DNA from: Minisyncoccota bacterium
GTDB taxonomy: Bacteria; Patescibacteriota; Minisyncoccia; Phycocordibacterales; UBA9973
Assembly: GCA_035403785.1 (NCBI GenBank)
Contig: DAONFW010000002.1
Location: forward strand, 12,676-76,675
Length of the DNA: 64,000 nt
Reading direction: 5' to 3'
Below the pieces are notes generated by a model. That model searched no databases and was not told where the DNA came from. It saw nothing but the letters and a program-made list of their open reading frames with translations. Position numbers and translations under genes: made by a program. Each line of letters begins with the position of its first letter. Position 1 is the stretch's first letter. Shown here one piece after another: positions 39,347 through 49,380 of the stretch.

Positions 39347-40870
39347 ATGCAAAAAAAGCCAGTTTGCCTTGTTGTCCTAGATGGTTGGGGTTTCAGGGAA
39401 GAAAAAGAAAATAACGCTATTGCAGAGGCAAATTTGCCTTTTTATAACAAGCTGTGGCAAGAATTTCCGCATACTTTACTCAAAGCTAGTGGGCTTGCTG
39501 TTGGTTTACCAGAAGGGCAGATGGGGAATAGCGAAGTTGGTCACATGATAATCGGCGCGGGAAAGATTATTTATACAGATTTGGTGAGAATAAATAAATC
39601 CATAGAAGATAAAAGTTTTTTCGAAAATGAGACTATTTTGAAATTATTCGAGCATGCTAAAAAAAATGATTCTACTTTTCATGCGCTTGGATTGATTGGT
39701 CCTGGTGGTGTACACGCATATAGTGAACATCTGTTTGCTTTAATTAAAGCAGCGAAGGAATTTGGATTAAAAAAATTTACTATTCATGCTTTTACGGATG
39801 GACGTGACACTCCACCACAAAGCGCAGCTGAATATCTGATAGATTTAGAAAAAGAAATTTCAGATATTGGAATTGGTTTTATTGCTTCTATGACTGGTAG
39901 ATATTATGCGATGGATCGAGATAAAAACTGGGATAGATTAAAAAAAGCAGAAGACGCAATTTTTTCTGGAGAAGGAATGCAGGCAGGTGCCCAAAAAGCT
40001 GAAGATGTTGCTAAATTGCTTTATTCAAAAAATATAACAGATGAATATTTTGAACCAGTTGTTTTTTTAGATAAAGAAGGTCAGAAAGAATTAATTAGAG
40101 AAAACGATGCTGTGTTTTTCTTTAATTTCAGAGCAGACAGAGCAAGAATGCTTTCAGAAAAAATAATAAATTTTGCGAAAGATAGAAATATTTTATTTGG
40201 CACTATGACCGAATATGATAAAAATTTTGATTGTTTAGTCGCTTTTAAGCCAATAGAAATTGAGACTACTTTAGCAAAAGAAATTTCAAGAGCAGGTTTA
40301 ACTCAAGCCCATGTTGCTGAAACAGAAAAATATGCTCATGCTACTTATTTCTTAAACGGTGGCAAAGAAGAAACTTATGAAGGCGAGCAAGATATTCTTG
40401 TGCCATCTCGTAAAGATGTGGCGACGCATGATCTCGCACCAGAAATGAAAGCAGTAGAGATAGCAGATGAAGTGATAAAGCAGATAGAATCTGGTGTTGA
40501 TTTTATATTCGTTAATTTTGCAAATGCTGATATGGTAGGGCATACGGCAAATAAAGAAGCTATTATAACCGGATTAGAAACTGTAGATAAACAGCTTGAA
40601 AGAATTTTTGCTGAAGTAAACAAGAAAAATGGAATCATGTTTATTACAGCAGATCACGGAAATGCAGAATTAAATTTTGATACTAAAACAGGGAAGAAGC
40701 ATACTGCGCATACTACTAACCCCGTGCCTTTTATTTGTACAGACAAAGATAAAAAATTAAAAGAAAATAGTGGTACTTTGGCAGATATTACCCCGACTGT
40801 ATTTGATGAATTAGATATAAAAAAACCAGAATCTATGACGGGGATTTCTCTTTTTGAAAAAAATAGCTAG
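39347..40870 (+). CDS. gpmI: 2,3-bisphosphoglycerate-independent phosphoglycerate mutase
   Basis: 507 aa. N-terminus PVCLVVLDGWG, Mn-binding phosphatase-domain motifs (GNSEVGHM, ITADHGN). Confidence 0.9.
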   Translation: MQKKPVCLVVLDGWGFREEKENNAIAEANLPFYNKLWQEFPHTLLKASGLAVGLPEGQMGNSEVGHMIIGAGKIIYTDLVRINKSIEDKSFFENETILKLFEHAKKNDSTFHALGLIGPGGVHAYSEHLFALIKAAKEFGLKKFTIHAFTDGRDTPPQSAAEYLIDLEKEISDIGIGFIASMTGRYYAMDRDKNWDRLKKAEDAIFSGEGMQAGAQKAEDVAKLLYSKNITDEYFEPVVFLDKEGQKELIRENDAVFFFNFRADRARMLSEKIINFAKDRNILFGTMTEYDKNFDCLVAFKPIEIETTLAKEISRAGLTQAHVAETEKYAHATYFLNGGKEETYEGEQDILVPSRKDVATHDLAPEMKAVEIADEVIKQIESGVDFIFVNFANADMVGHTANKEAIITGLETVDKQLERIFAEVNKKNGIMFITADHGNAELNFDTKTGKKHTAHTTNPVPFICTDKDKKLKENSGTLADITPTVFDELDIKKPESMTGISLFEKNS

Positions 40871-40916
40871 TAGTGATAAAATATATAAACATTATTAATT
40901 TAATTTTAGTAAAATT

Positions 40917-41153
40917 ATGAAAAAAGTAGAAATTTATTCAACTCCGTCTTGTCATTTTTGTCACATGGCAAAAGATTTTTTTGCTGCAAATGGTGTAGCT
41001 TATACAGAATATAATGTTGCTGCTGATTTAGAAAAGAGAAAAGAAATGATGGAATTAACAGGACAAATGGGGGTTCCAGTAATTGTTATAGATGGTGATT
41101 GGATTGTTGGTTTTAATAAAGTAGATATTGCTAAAAAGTTGGGATTTATATAG
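40917..41153 (+). CDS. Glutaredoxin-family small redox protein (CxxC)
   Basis: 78 aa. VEIYSTPSCHFCHMAKDFF ... GVPVIVIDGDWIVGF, a thioredoxin-fold Grx/NrdH pattern. Confidence 0.65.
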   Translation: MKKVEIYSTPSCHFCHMAKDFFAANGVAYTEYNVAADLEKRKEMMELTGQMGVPVIVIDGDWIVGFNKVDIAKKLGFI

Positions 41154-41297
41154 TCTGTTTTATTTTGGTCACAGATAATTTCTCGCCGTCGCTCGAAATT
41201 TCCGCGACCCCGCCTCGCTGTTTTGTCAGTTGACAAAACATGCTCCGGCTCACAAATCGCCCGCAGGCAAATCAGTTTGCCTGCTTTACTCGATTTG

Positions 41298-41369
41298 TGC
41301 CCCCACTCCGAATCGAACGGGGATCTATTCCTTAGGACGGAACTGTTCTATCCATTGAACTATGGGGGC
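41298..41369 (-). tRNA. tRNA-Arg(CCT)
   Basis: Reverse complement GCCCCCATAGTTCAATGGATAGAACAGTTCCGTCCTAAGGAATAGATCCCCGTTCGATTCGGAGTGGGGGCA. Anticodon loop GTCCTAA. Confidence 0.8.
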
Positions 41370-41444
41370 TTTACACTTTAATTTAACATAAAAAAGCTTA
41401 TTCTGTAAATTGGATTTTAAATTATTTTATGCTAATATAAAAAT

Positions 41445-41693
41445 ATGGACCTAGAAGAAAGACAGTTAATTGAGAATACTTATAATCTTGTGAAGGAAAA
41501 TAATCAAATGCTTCACAAAATTAGACGTTCTCAAAGAATAGCAAATTTCACACGTTTTCTTTATTGGTTGATAATTATAGGAATTACTGTCGGCGCGTTT
41601 TACTTTGTCCAGCCATATATAGATCAATTGCAAGGACTTATGGGTAATACCGGAGATGCTCTTGATGGTTTTAAGCAGTTTTTGCCAAAATAA
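41445..41693 (+). CDS. Hypothetical small membrane protein
   Basis: 82 aa. One central TM (FLYWLIIIGITVGAFYFV). Confidence 0.35.
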   Translation: MDLEERQLIENTYNLVKENNQMLHKIRRSQRIANFTRFLYWLIIIGITVGAFYFVQPYIDQLQGLMGNTGDALDGFKQFLPK

Positions 41694-41707
41694 AAAAGTA
41701 TTAGTTT

Positions 41708-41780
41708 GCTCAGGTAGCTCAGTTGGTAGAGCGCTCCCCTGAAGAGGGATAGGTCGCCAGTTCGATCCTGGCCCTGAGCA
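41708..41780 (+). tRNA. tRNA-Phe(GAA)
   Basis: GCTCAGGTAGCTCAGTTGGTAGAGCGCTCCCCTGAAGAGGGATAGGTCGCCAGTTCGATCCTGGCCCTGAGCA. Anticodon loop CTGAAGA. Confidence 0.85.
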
Positions 41781-41788
41781 CATAAATT

Positions 41789-41823
41789 AAAAAAGCTACT
41801 TAATTAAATTAAGTAGCTTTTTT
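41789..41823. terminator. Strong bidirectional terminator
   Basis: AAAAAGCTACTTAATT-AA-ATTAAGTAGCTTTTT: a 13-bp perfect stem with A-run and T-run flanks. It lies between tRNA-Phe (+) and the hsp20 gene (-). Confidence 0.65.
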
Positions 41824-41852
41824 AATAATTTTAGTTTCTTTTAGAATTTAAT

Positions 41853-42320
41853 TTATAGAGATTTTACTTTTACACTGGTTTTCTTTTCTTTGTCTATCTT
41901 AGGAAGTTTGATAGTTAGTAAACCGTGTTTTTCTGTTGCTTCAGCTTCTTCTGGGTCAATTTCTTGAGGAAGGAGAATAGTTCTTGAAAAAGCTCCCCAA
42001 TATAGTTCTTTCGAAAAATAATTTTCTTCTTCCACTTTTCTGCTTTCCTCTCTTTTTCCTCGAATAGTTACCATATCTCTTGCGATAACTAATTCAATAT
42101 CTTCTGGTTTTACTCCAGCGACCATTGTCTGTACAATAACATCAGTAGGAGTTTGATAAACATCGACAGTTAGTTCTGCTTCTTCGTTTTCATCCTCCAT
42201 CCAATCGTTGTTGTTTTCTTTTTCAGATTTAACTGCTAATTTTTTAAAATCTTCTTCGTCATCGTCCATTTTCATACTGCCGGACAATTTTTCAAAAAAA
42301 CCTCTTTTTTTATGTAACAT
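41853..42320 (-). CDS. Hsp20/alpha-crystallin small heat-shock protein
   Basis: 155 aa. ACD pattern VDVYQT...VIVQTMVAGVKPEDIELVIARDMVTIRGKRE...GAFSRTILLP...GLLTIKLPK. Confidence 0.8.
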   Translation of the reverse strand: MLHKKRGFFEKLSGSMKMDDDEEDFKKLAVKSEKENNNDWMEDENEEAELTVDVYQTPTDVIVQTMVAGVKPEDIELVIARDMVTIRGKREESRKVEEENYFSKELYWGAFSRTILLPQEIDPEEAEATEKHGLLTIKLPKIDKEKKTSVKVKSL

Positions 42321-42346
42321 AATTTTTATGATAGATTAAGTGAATT

Positions 42347-43048
42347 TTAATTTTCACCACTCATTCTTCTTAATTTTTCGAAAAGTAATAAATTAATAAT
42401 TGTTGCGACCCACAAGAAAGCGAGAACTTTTAGAAAGTCGCTTCCGCTATTAGTAATTATAAAAAAATTAAAAGCACTATGCAAGAAAATTGCGAGTAGT
42501 AATCCAACTAATAAGTACAATTTTTTATTTAAAGAATTCATGTAGAAAGAAAGTCCTAGCATTATGCCAAGTATTCCGCTAGAAACAGCGTGAAGTAGGG
42601 TAGAACCGAGAAATCTTAACTGACCTGTTAATAATCCCACCACAGCTTGCCCAAGAGAGATTGGTTCGATTAAGAACAAAGTATTTTCTAAAGCAGCGAA
42701 ACCAAGAGCTGCCGTAATCATAAAAATTGGCCAATCTATCGGTCTGTTAAGGTATTTAGTTTTATTTATTATAGCCAAAACAAGCAGATATTTTATAGAT
42801 TCTTCTATTACTGCCCAGCCGATTATTTGTAATTCACTAGAATTGGTGGCTCTTTGAATAAATCTTTCTACTGGTAAAACAAAAATTACTGAGATCATTC
42901 CTAAAATAAAACAGAAGATTAAAAGTCCGGTTGGTTCTGATTTCTTCCTGCATTCTTTCAGCCAGAACCAAAGCCAAATACCAGACGGAATTATCCCTCC
43001 CAGAAAAGCCAATCCAATTGTTTGTGGATCTTTGATTAGCATGGCCAC
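42347..43048 (-). CDS. PrsW-family intramembrane protease-like protein
   Basis: 233 aa, polytopic. Motifs EESIKYLLVL (EExxK), GFAALEN (FxxxE), LHAVSSG and LHSAFN (HxxxN/D). Confidence 0.55.
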   Translation of the reverse strand: MAMLIKDPQTIGLAFLGGIIPSGIWLWFWLKECRKKSEPTGLLIFCFILGMISVIFVLPVERFIQRATNSSELQIIGWAVIEESIKYLLVLAIINKTKYLNRPIDWPIFMITAALGFAALENTLFLIEPISLGQAVVGLLTGQLRFLGSTLLHAVSSGILGIMLGLSFYMNSLNKKLYLLVGLLLAIFLHSAFNFFIITNSGSDFLKVLAFLWVATIINLLLFEKLRRMSGEN

Positions 43049-45216
43049 TTTTCAACCATTAATAATTTTTTATTTTCGGTTGGTAGTGAACTCCAAATTT
43101 CTTCCGTTATGAATGGAACAAACGGATGAAGTGCTTTTAATAGGGTAGTAAGTTGAATATACAACAGTGCTTTAGCAGAATCAGGGTTATTGTTTTCAGC
43201 TATTTTTTTCTTTGCGTGTTCTATGATAATATCAGCAAAAGTATGCCAGAAGTATTGATATAATTTTTCAGCGACAATAGAAAATCTAAATTCTTCCATT
43301 TCTTTCTTTGTTTCTTGCAGTAAGTCTTCTAGTGCTTTTTGGTAATTTTTATCTTCTTCATCTAATTCTGGTAAATTTTCAAAATCTAAATTTTCTATTT
43401 TTTCTAAAACAAAACGAGAAGCATTCCAGATTTTATTACAGAATTTTCCGTAGCCTCTAATATCATTTTCATTTAGTTTTAAGTCATTGCCCGGCGTGTT
43501 TCCGATAATCATCGCCATTCTGAGTGCGTCGTTTCCATATTTTTTAATAATATCTAAAGGATCAATAGCTTTGTTGCCAAGAGATTTAGACATCTTTTTT
43601 CCATCTGCAGTTCTAATCATTCCGTGTAAATAAACATTTTCAAAAGGTATTTCGTTTAATAAATACTGAGACATAAGAACCATTCTAGCGATCCAAAAGA
43701 ATAAAATATCATGGCCTGTTTCTAGCACAGTAGTAGGATGATAATTTTTAAGATCTTCTGTTTTTTCTGGCCAGCCAAGAGTTGAGAAAGTCCAAAGTCC
43801 CGAAGAAAACCAAGTATCGAGAGTGTCTTCGTCTTGTGTCCAGCCAGATTCTTTTGGTGCTTCTATATCGCAATAAATTTCATTTTCTTTATACCAAACA
43901 GGAATTCTGTGACCGTACCAAATCTGTCTTGAAATACACCAGTCTCTTAAATTCTCAATCCAATTGAAATAAACTTTTTCAAAATGATTCGGTAAGATTT
44001 TTATTTTGCCATCACGAACTGGCTCGAGCATCAGTTCTTTCAGGCTTTTATTATCTCGATCCTTTATCTTTTTATTAACATCTATAAACCACTGCAATTT
44101 TGGCATTGGCTCTATTATTGCGCCAGTTCTTTCAGCAGTAGAAACATTTTGAACAACTTCTTGTTCTTCTTTCATTAAACCTTCAGATCTGAGCCAGTCA
44201 ACGATTATTTCTCGTGCTTCAGTAGTTTTCTTATTTAAAATTCTTTCGTCGCCTACGGTCATTTTTGCGAACTCATTGATAACTTGTTTGGAAGGAAGTT
44301 TGTGTCTTTGTGCTATTTCTGCGTCTATTTGGCTGTGCGCTGGAGTCACTCCGAGTGCGCCTGTACCAAAATCTTTCTCAACAGAATAATCTGCGATTAT
44401 TTTTATTTCTAATTTTACACCACAAAAATCTGCAACTTCATAAGTTTTGCCAATATATGCTTGATATCTTTCATCATCAGGATGCACGGCAACTGCTGTA
44501 TCACCAACTTTTGTTTCTGGCCTTGTAGTAGAAATATAAATAGGGAAGTCTTTTGAATATTTGAAAGTATAAAGCTTTGCCTTGCGTTCTTCATAAACTA
44601 TCTCATCATCTGAAATAACAGTCTGTCCTTTTGGGTCCCAATTAATCACTTTGTATCCTCTGTAAATCAATTCGTCATCATACATTTTTTTGAAAGCAGT
44701 TCTGACAGCCAAACTTCTTTTTTCATCAAGCGTAAAAGCTTCGCGTGACCAATCCAAAGAAGCTCCCATTTTTTTACATTGGTTCACAATAGAGTCGTGA
44801 GAGTTTTGTGCAAAATCTTGCACTCGTTTTAAAAATTCTTCTCTGCCTAAATCTCTTTTTTTAATCCCTTCTTTTTCTAAAAGTTTTTCAACTTTCGTTT
44901 GTGTTGCAATAGCCGCGTGATCTGTCCCTGGAAGCCAAAGAGTTTTTTTTCCTTGCATGCGCGCATGACGAACCATGATGTCTTCAAGAATCAAAGTTAA
45001 TGCATGTCCCGTGTGCAAAGTTCCAGTTACATTCGGTGGTGGCAAAACTATAGAAAAAGTTTCTGCGTCTGGTTCTGTAACTTTTTTTTCTACGCAGACA
45101 TCTGGATTAAAAAAACCACTTTCTTCCCAAAGTTTGTAAATTTTATCTTCAGTTTCTTGCGGACTGTAAGGTTTTAAGAATTTATCATCCATTTTCATAT
45201 TGGATAATAATAGCAT
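43036..45216 (-). CDS. valS: Valyl-tRNA synthetase (compact, no C-terminal coiled-coil)
   Basis: 726 aa. PPPNVTGTLHTGHAL (HIGH region), editing-site TTRPET, KMSKSLGN. It ends within/after the anticodon-binding domain. Confidence 0.9.
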   Translation of the reverse strand: MLLLSNMKMDDKFLKPYSPQETEDKIYKLWEESGFFNPDVCVEKKVTEPDAETFSIVLPPPNVTGTLHTGHALTLILEDIMVRHARMQGKKTLWLPGTDHAAIATQTKVEKLLEKEGIKKRDLGREEFLKRVQDFAQNSHDSIVNQCKKMGASLDWSREAFTLDEKRSLAVRTAFKKMYDDELIYRGYKVINWDPKGQTVISDDEIVYEERKAKLYTFKYSKDFPIYISTTRPETKVGDTAVAVHPDDERYQAYIGKTYEVADFCGVKLEIKIIADYSVEKDFGTGALGVTPAHSQIDAEIAQRHKLPSKQVINEFAKMTVGDERILNKKTTEAREIIVDWLRSEGLMKEEQEVVQNVSTAERTGAIIEPMPKLQWFIDVNKKIKDRDNKSLKELMLEPVRDGKIKILPNHFEKVYFNWIENLRDWCISRQIWYGHRIPVWYKENEIYCDIEAPKESGWTQDEDTLDTWFSSGLWTFSTLGWPEKTEDLKNYHPTTVLETGHDILFFWIARMVLMSQYLLNEIPFENVYLHGMIRTADGKKMSKSLGNKAIDPLDIIKKYGNDALRMAMIIGNTPGNDLKLNENDIRGYGKFCNKIWNASRFVLEKIENLDFENLPELDEEDKNYQKALEDLLQETKKEMEEFRFSIVAEKLYQYFWHTFADIIIEHAKKKIAENNNPDSAKALLYIQLTTLLKALHPFVPFITEEIWSSLPTENKKLLMVEKWPC

Positions 45217-45219
45217 TTT

Positions 45220-46308
45220 TTATAGCTTTAATCCACCTTCAGCTTTTATTTTATTGTGTTTAGTGCCTTTTTGTTTTTTATCTAAAAATCTAAAGTATCC
45301 AGCGATTCCAATCATAATAGAATTATCTGTAGACATATTTTTTGACGGAAAGAAAAGATTTTGTTTGCTTTTTGTGAGTTTGGCCATTTCTTTTCTAAGA
45401 TATTTATTAGAAGAAACACCACCAGCGACGATTACTGTTTTTATATTATATTTTTCTATTGCTTTTTTTGTTTTGTGAATTAAAGTTTCTGTTACTGCAT
45501 TTTCGAATTCTAAACAAATAGCTTTTTTAATTTCTATATCTTGCAAAATTTTTGGATTTTCTTTCATTAAGTCTCTTATCAAATAAAGCACAGCTGTCTT
45601 TAAGCCAGAAAAAGAAAAATCAAAGTTTTTACTATGAATCATCGGTCGTGGCAGTTTTATGTTATATCTTTCTAAGTCATCTTTTTTAAAATTCTTTCTG
45701 CCTTGTTCTGCTAATTTAGAAATTTCTGGACCGCCAGGATATGGAAGCCCAAGCATCCTAGCAACCTTGTCAAAAGCCTCACCAGCTGCGTCGTCGAGAG
45801 TTTCACCTATAATTTGGTATTTCATCCAATCTCGCATCAAAACAAGCTCTGTGTGGCCTCCTGATACTAGAAGAGAAAGAACTGGAAAGTTAATTTTTGG
45901 TATAGAAAAAGTCTTTTTGTCTTCAGCAAAAACTGACAAAATATGACCTTCCATATGATTTACTGGCATGATTGGAATCTTGTATTTAGTAGAGATTTCT
46001 TTCGCGAAAACAATTCCAGTCCAGAGTGCTGGTTCTAAACCTGGTCCAGAAGTTACTGAAATTAAATCTATGCTTTCTATTTTTAATTTTGCTTTTTTGA
46101 GAGTTTTTGCGAAAAGTATTGGTAGATTTTTTTGATGTTCTCTTTTTGCGAGAGCAGGGAAAACACCGCCGTATTCTTTGTGAATATCTATTTGAGAATT
46201 TAAACTGTTAGCCAAAATCTTGAAAACGGTTTTGTTTTTAGTTTTTTTAACTTCCAGAATACTTATTCCAGTTTCATCACAACTTGTTTCTATGCTTAAT
46301 ATCTTCAT
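45220..46308 (-). CDS. tsaD: tRNA N6-adenosine threonylcarbamoyltransferase TsaD (Kae1/Gcp)
   Basis: 362 aa. N-terminus MKILSIETSCDETGISIL, His pair (VNHMEGH), ASKH-fold. Confidence 0.85.
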   Translation of the reverse strand: MKILSIETSCDETGISILEVKKTKNKTVFKILANSLNSQIDIHKEYGGVFPALAKREHQKNLPILFAKTLKKAKLKIESIDLISVTSGPGLEPALWTGIVFAKEISTKYKIPIMPVNHMEGHILSVFAEDKKTFSIPKINFPVLSLLVSGGHTELVLMRDWMKYQIIGETLDDAAGEAFDKVARMLGLPYPGGPEISKLAEQGRKNFKKDDLERYNIKLPRPMIHSKNFDFSFSGLKTAVLYLIRDLMKENPKILQDIEIKKAICLEFENAVTETLIHKTKKAIEKYNIKTVIVAGGVSSNKYLRKEMAKLTKSKQNLFFPSKNMSTDNSIMIGIAGYFRFLDKKQKGTKHNKIKAEGGLKL

Positions 46309-46324
46309 TTTTTAGGTTTTTTTA

Positions 46325-47260
46325 TTAAAAGCTATTTACTATAAATTCAACAATAGCATAAATTACCCAAAATAGTAAAAGAAGATAGCCTTCTTTTTTT
46401 GAAATAACACGTTCAGTTCGCATAAATCTTATTAAAACAATAGAAAAAATTACCATAAAAGTGCCAGTTACATATATAATTTTTACTGGGAAATAGAATG
46501 GATCTATGGTAGCAAGTACACCAACAACAATAGTAGCATCAGCTAAAACTGAACCTAATATGTCTCCAATAGCCAAATCGTCTTCTTTTTTTCTTAGTGC
46601 TTTTAGAGAAAAAAAGAATTCAGGCATAGTTGTTCCTAACCCAACGATAAGCATTCCTATTAAAATTGGTGCTATTTTTAAAGAAAGAGCTAGTTCTGTG
46701 GCAGAAGTTACAGTAAAATGTGAACCAATTAGCAAAAGAGACATTGCAAAAATTAAAAATAAAAAGTTTTTTATTTTTTTATCATTAGTGTTAGGTGGAA
46801 TATTTGAGGTGTCTACATTTTTTTTAAATATCAAATAGTAAAAAATTATTCCTGATATTATAAGAACTAACCCTTCGGCTCGTGAATAATATCCGTTTAA
46901 TCCTAGGATTATTGGCAGTAAAAGAAAAAATGGATATAATTCAACATTTTTCAATATTCTACTTTTTATTTTTATTCCTCTTTTTGCGTAAATTATTAAG
47001 ATTCCAAAAATTAACGTTAAATCAGCGACATTAGATCCTAATAGAGTTCCGAGACCAAATTCTGGTGAGTTTTCGATTGCAGAATTTATAGAAATAAAAG
47101 TTTCAGGTAATATTGAAATAAAAGCAATTACAATGAAACCGATAGTATGTTTAGGAATATTAAAATTTTCCGCCAATTTAGCAGAATATTTTGTTGCAAG
47201 TGTTGCTCCTCTAAGGACTAAAAATATTGATATTGTAAAAATAAATAAGTTTTCTAACAT
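46325..47260 (-). CDS. Ca2+:cation antiporter (CaCA/YrbG-like) membrane protein
   Basis: 311 aa, about 10 TM. Two alpha-repeat signatures (GTTMPEFFFS and ISILPETFIS), plus GSNVADLTL / GSVLADATI. Confidence 0.6.
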   Translation of the reverse strand: MLENLFIFTISIFLVLRGATLATKYSAKLAENFNIPKHTIGFIVIAFISILPETFISINSAIENSPEFGLGTLLGSNVADLTLIFGILIIYAKRGIKIKSRILKNVELYPFFLLLPIILGLNGYYSRAEGLVLIISGIIFYYLIFKKNVDTSNIPPNTNDKKIKNFLFLIFAMSLLLIGSHFTVTSATELALSLKIAPILIGMLIVGLGTTMPEFFFSLKALRKKEDDLAIGDILGSVLADATIVVGVLATIDPFYFPVKIIYVTGTFMVIFSIVLIRFMRTERVISKKEGYLLLLFWVIYAIVEFIVNSF

Positions 47261-47324
47261 TTTATGTTTTTATTATATAATATTATTTTTATAACACAAA
47301 AATGATATTTGAGTTCTATTTTTG

Positions 47325-47397
47325 TGCGCGATACAGGATTCGAACCTGTGGCCTACTCAACGTCAATGAGTCGCTCTACCAACTGAGCTAACCGCGC
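47325..47397 (-). tRNA. tRNA-Val(GAC)
   Basis: Reverse complement GCGCGGTTAGCTCAGTTGGTAGAGCGACTCATTGACGTTGAGTAGGCCACAGGTTCGAATCCTGTATCGCGCA. Anticodon loop TTGACGT. Confidence 0.85.
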
Positions 47398-47419
47398 AAT
47401 AGTTTTATCTTACAAAAAA

Positions 47420-47471
47420 ATACAAACAAAAACAAATCCCGCTAATTAGTTGGATTTGTTTTTGTTTGTAT
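47420..47471 (-). terminator. Long AT-rich hairpin (20-bp perfect stem) downstream of the dehydrogenase gene
   Basis: ATACAAACAAAAACAAATCC-(12 nt loop)-GGATTTGTTTTTGTTTGTAT, flanked by an A-run (plus strand 5') and a T-run. Its arms resemble those at 5397-5472. Confidence 0.5.
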
Positions 47472-47501
47472 TTTTACAAATACTGATATTATCAGAATTA
47501 A

Positions 47502-48464
47502 CTAGATATTATTTTTTTTGATATTTTTTAAATTTTTTATCATTTCAACTGAAATTTGATCGAGATCAAATTTATGTTGCCAACCCCAATCTTCTCTTGC
47601 TTTTGAGTCATCGATTGTTTTTGGCCAAGAGTCTGCAATTTTTTGTCTACTATCTGGACTGAAAGTGCATTTAAAGTTTTCTACATGTTTAGCAACATTC
47701 TCAGCAAGTTCTTTTGCAGAGAAACTTATTGCAGTCAAATTGTAAGCAGTTCTGATTTTTATTTTTTCTGGATCTGCTTCCATCAGTTGAAGTGTGGCAT
47801 CGACTGCATCGTCCATATACATCATTGGCAAAACTGTTTTTTCATTTACAAAACATTCATAATTTCCTTTTTCTATTGCGTCATAATAAATAGCTACTGC
47901 GTAATCTGTAGTTCCTCCACCTGGGGGAGTTTTCCAAGATATTATTCCAGGATATCTAATACTTCTTACATCTAGACCGTATTTGATGTGATAATACTGA
48001 CATAATAGTTCACCAGAAACTTTTGTGACGCCGTACATTGTTGTTGGTTCCAGTACTGTTTGTTGGGGCGTGTTAAAAAGGGGAGTTGTTGGCCCAAATG
48101 CTGCAATAGAGCTTGGCCAAAACATTCTGTTTATTTTATATTCTACAGCCAAATCTAAAACATTTTTTAAACTGTTCATGTTTGTTTCCCAGGCAAGATT
48201 AGGATATTTTTCTCCAGTAGCTGATAAAATTCCAACAAGATGATAAATAGTGTTAATCTGATATTTTTCTATTAGTGCTTTTATTTCTTCTTTATTACTC
48301 GCGTCAGCTTTTTCAAATGGTCCAGAGTTTTTGAATTCTTCGCTTGGTTCTTTGTGATGACCTACAGCAATAACATTTTCTCTTCCGAATTTTTCTCTTA
48401 ATTTTGGGATAAGTTCTGATCCTATTTGTCCAAGTGCTCCCGTTACTAATATTTTTCTTTGCAT
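47502..48464 (-). CDS. NAD-dependent epimerase/dehydratase-family protein (L-threonine 3-dehydrogenase-like extended SDR)
   Basis: 320 aa. N-terminal Rossmann LVTGALGQIGSEL, catalytic YxxxK region (YGVTKVSGELLCQYY). Confidence 0.6.
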   Translation of the reverse strand: MQRKILVTGALGQIGSELIPKLREKFGRENVIAVGHHKEPSEEFKNSGPFEKADASNKEEIKALIEKYQINTIYHLVGILSATGEKYPNLAWETNMNSLKNVLDLAVEYKINRMFWPSSIAAFGPTTPLFNTPQQTVLEPTTMYGVTKVSGELLCQYYHIKYGLDVRSIRYPGIISWKTPPGGGTTDYAVAIYYDAIEKGNYECFVNEKTVLPMMYMDDAVDATLQLMEADPEKIKIRTAYNLTAISFSAKELAENVAKHVENFKCTFSPDSRQKIADSWPKTIDDSKAREDWGWQHKFDLDQISVEMIKNLKNIKKNNI

Positions 48465-48497
48465 AATTTTTTATTTTGTTAATTATTAATAATAAAT

Positions 48498-49265
48498 TTA
48501 TTTTTTCGCGAACTTCTCTAATATTTCTAGTTCTTCTTTTGTGTTTGCACCCAATGCTTCTTTTGGTTCTATTTTTACTGTTTCTATTTTTTCATTATTT
48601 TCAGAAGCTATTTTAAATAAATCTGTCAGATAGTATTCGTTTTGAATATTAGTATTTTTAATTTTAGTTAGATTTTTCCAGAGCCAATCTGCTTTGAAAA
48701 TATAACATCCAGCATTCACTTCTTTGATTAATCTTTCTTGCTCATTTGCATCTTTGAATTCTCTAATTCCAATTACTTTTCCGTCTTTTCTTAAAATTCT
48801 TCCAAAAGCGATAAAAGACTTTCGCCACTCTTCAAAATCCGGTAGAACTGTCGTTGTGAATGTTATGACAGCATTTGAATTTTTATGCTTTGTAATTAGA
48901 TTTTTTAGTGTTTCAGAAGAAATGAACGGTTGATCGCCAGACAGAACAAGAATGTTTTCGGCGTTAGCACATTCTGCTTTAGCACAAGAGACAGCATGTC
49001 CCGTGCCAAGTGGCTCTGGTTGAAAAGCGTAATGACACGTTTCACCCAATTCTTTTTTGATAAATTCAGCCAAATGTCCAACTATCGCAACTGGCTTTTC
49101 TTTAGTAATTTCTGCCACAGAATCAACCAAATATTGAATCATGGGCTTATTGCAAACAGAGGAAAGGCATTTGGGTAGATCACTTTGCATGCGTTTTCCT
49201 TTACCTCCAGCTAAAATTAAAATTTTGATTTTTCCATTTTCAGTCATAATTTTTCCATTATACAC
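48498..49265 (-). CDS. Sugar-phosphate nucleotidyltransferase (GlmU-N/MobA-like fold)
   Basis: 255 aa. ILILAGGKGKRMQSDLPKCL signature. The ORF begins with GTG; an ATG six codons downstream (MTENGK) is an alternative start. Confidence 0.6.
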   Translation of the reverse strand: MYNGKIMTENGKIKILILAGGKGKRMQSDLPKCLSSVCNKPMIQYLVDSVAEITKEKPVAIVGHLAEFIKKELGETCHYAFQPEPLGTGHAVSCAKAECANAENILVLSGDQPFISSETLKNLITKHKNSNAVITFTTTVLPDFEEWRKSFIAFGRILRKDGKVIGIREFKDANEQERLIKEVNAGCYIFKADWLWKNLTKIKNTNIQNEYYLTDLFKIASENNEKIETVKIEPKEALGANTKEELEILEKFAKK

Positions 49266-49380
49266 CTAAAATATTTTTTTCATTGATTGACTAAATATTT
49301 TTTATGTGCTAATTTTATAGCTGTATTTGTACTTTAGGATAAATTAACTAAATAAAATAAAAACCTTAATTTTTGTAAAG

